From Longimicrobiales bacterium (GTDB lineage: Bacteria; Gemmatimonadota; Gemmatimonadetes; Longimicrobiales; Gaopeijiaceae): 64,000 nucleotides of DNA. Shown in pieces: positions 62,653-64,000 of the stretch (position 1 is the first letter of the stretch; each line of letters opens with the position of its first letter). Below the pieces are notes generated by a model. That model saw only the letters and a program-made list of their open reading frames with translations. It was not told the origin of the DNA and ran no database searches. The position numbers and the translations under genes are program-made. Location of the stretch: positions 1,280,001-1,344,000 of the forward strand of contig CBDCNQ010000005.1 of NCBI GenBank assembly GCA_965219445.1. The letters run 5' to 3'.

Positions 62653-64000
62653 TCATTGTGAGGGCCCCGCCGCCCCGGGGCCACCCGTGGCCCTACGCGT
62701 AACTTCGCGCACGACGACAGCGAGTCCAGAAATAGAGACAGCGTCCTCCGCCCGTATCTCCTCCATGAGATCGCGGAAACGAGCGAAGTCACTCGTGCTC
62801 GCGTCGATCCCCCCGTTCCCGTCGGACGTCAGCGCCCGCCACGTCAAGCTATAGTGGGCGCGGCTCAGATCGTCAGCCAGGGCTTGAGCGGCCCGCTGTT
62901 CCCACCTTCCCTCCCCCGCCGAACGCAGGATTGCCTGCCGTAGCCACGGAACGTGGAAGAGCTCTGCTACTCGGAAGTATTCACGCCCTGCCAACAGCGG
63001 GCTAGCACCTGTTTCCTGGGCCACCCGCAGGATCTCGAGAAGTTGATCGAGAAATCGAAGTGTGATGAGGTTATTCGCAAGATCCGGCTCCGCGCCGTGC
63101 CGCTCGATCTCGGCCTTTCTTCCTTCGAATACGACTCGGTCATCCCCGGCCACGAACTCCTCGAAGTCGGCACGCAGCTTCCCCAGTCCGTCCCGGTGTC
63201 GCTCGATGATCGCGGTCGTGTCTAGATTCACCTCCACGTTGAGGAGAAGCCAGCGCGTCGTACGTTCCAGCACACGAGCGAGTCCCAGCAGCCACCGATA
63301 GGCGATACCGGACGACAGCCCATCTCCTGCGCTGTGGACGCGTCGGACCAGGGCAGTGTGGTCGGCAAGCCTCGCGGCGACCAACCAAGCCCAAGCGACC
63401 TCGGAAGGGGTACACCCCGTATCTCGCGCAACGCGATTCACGAACGTGGAGCCCATGAGATCGACGAGGTCGTTCGTGAGTTGGCAGGCGATGATTTGGC
63501 GGCGCAGCCGGTGGCGGCGGAGCCCCTCTTCGCCCGCCGCCTCCAATGCCGCGGCTGGAAAGTAGCTCCGTAGGTAATCTTCGGCCGCCGGATCGTCCGG
63601 GAGGTCGCTGCTCAGCACGCGACCCATCAGGTCGATCTTGGCGTACGCCAAGAGCACACAGAGTTCAGGGCGTGAAAGAGACTTGCCGCGCTCTTCGATC
63701 CGAGCCCCCAGCACCTCCCAAGTGGGGAGATTCTCGGCGGTCCGGTCGAGGCCCCCTGTCTTCTCCAGCGAGGACATCACATCACGAAAATCATCCAGAG
63801 AGTCCTTGGTTCGGAGTTCATCCAAGGATATTGCTAGGCTCTGGGCCTCGTTGTCCGCCACCACTAGTGTGGCAACAGAGTCAGTCAATTCCTCCAGAAG
63901 GCGATTGCGGCGCTCCTCATCCATGCCCCCGGATGCGACCGAGTACCCAAGGAGGATCTTCAGGTTGACCTCGCGGTCGGAGAGGTCCACCCCCCCGGAG
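62653..64000 (-). CDS. Large NAD-specific glutamate dehydrogenase, C-terminal part (5' end outside window)
   Basis: GVD.SD.EVN.KILL, L.RPEL.VLLAYAK, YFP, H.LRR.II. Confidence 0.9.
   Translation of the reverse strand, partial: SGGVDLSDREVNLKILLGYSVASGGMDEERRNRLLEELTDSVATLVVADNEAQSLAISLDELRTKDSLDDFRDVMSSLEKTGGLDRTAENLPTWEVLGARIEERGKSLSRPELCVLLAYAKIDLMGRVLSSDLPDDPAAEDYLRSYFPAAALEAAGEEGLRRHRLRRQIIACQLTNDLVDLMGSTFVNRVARDTGCTPSEVAWAWLVAARLADHTALVRRVHSAGDGLSSGIAYRWLLGLARVLERTTRWLLLNVEVNLDTTAIIERHRDGLGKLRADFEEFVAGDDRVVFEGRKAEIERHGAEPDLANNLITLRFLDQLLEILRVAQETGASPLLAGREYFRVAELFHVPWLRQAILRSAGEGRWEQRAAQALADDLSRAHYSLTWRALTSDGNGGIDASTSDFARFRDLMEEIRAEDAVSISGLAVVVREVTRRATGGPGAAGPSQ

Overview
GC-rich bacterial chromosomal window. 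Gene content and style suggest Gemmatimonadota (inference only). It has four zones. (1) 1-17.5 kb is a periplasmic redox region: a gluconate-2-dehydrogenase-like GMC pair; three copies of an uncharacterised two-gene module (a secreted protein ending in CCWTNGY followed by a cytochrome c fused to a copper type II PHM/DBH-like monooxygenase); an atypical cytochrome c-PQQ-type dehydrogenase with a (CAG)10 polyQ leader; a small Cys-rich protein; a DUF5916-like outer-membrane protein; and malate synthase G. (2) 17.9-42 kb is mostly housekeeping, opening with a PTPS-II/folE/SDR (biopterin-like) operon. (3) A decayed island follows tRNA-Lys(CTT) from about 42.1 to 52.4 kb: an IS630 composite transposon carrying ppk2, IS256 and IS3 relics, a MITE-like element, a broken tyrosine integrase, mobC/oriT relics and a truncated hsdM. 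Next is an amidase-CHRD gene split by an antisense class C group II intron. (4) DUF4956 and CotH-like genes, a type IV minor pilin operon and the 3' end of a large NAD-glutamate dehydrogenase. The best candidate for an undescribed system is the repeated heme-Cu monooxygenase/CCWTNG-partner module. All family assignments come from motif recognition by eye, not database searches.
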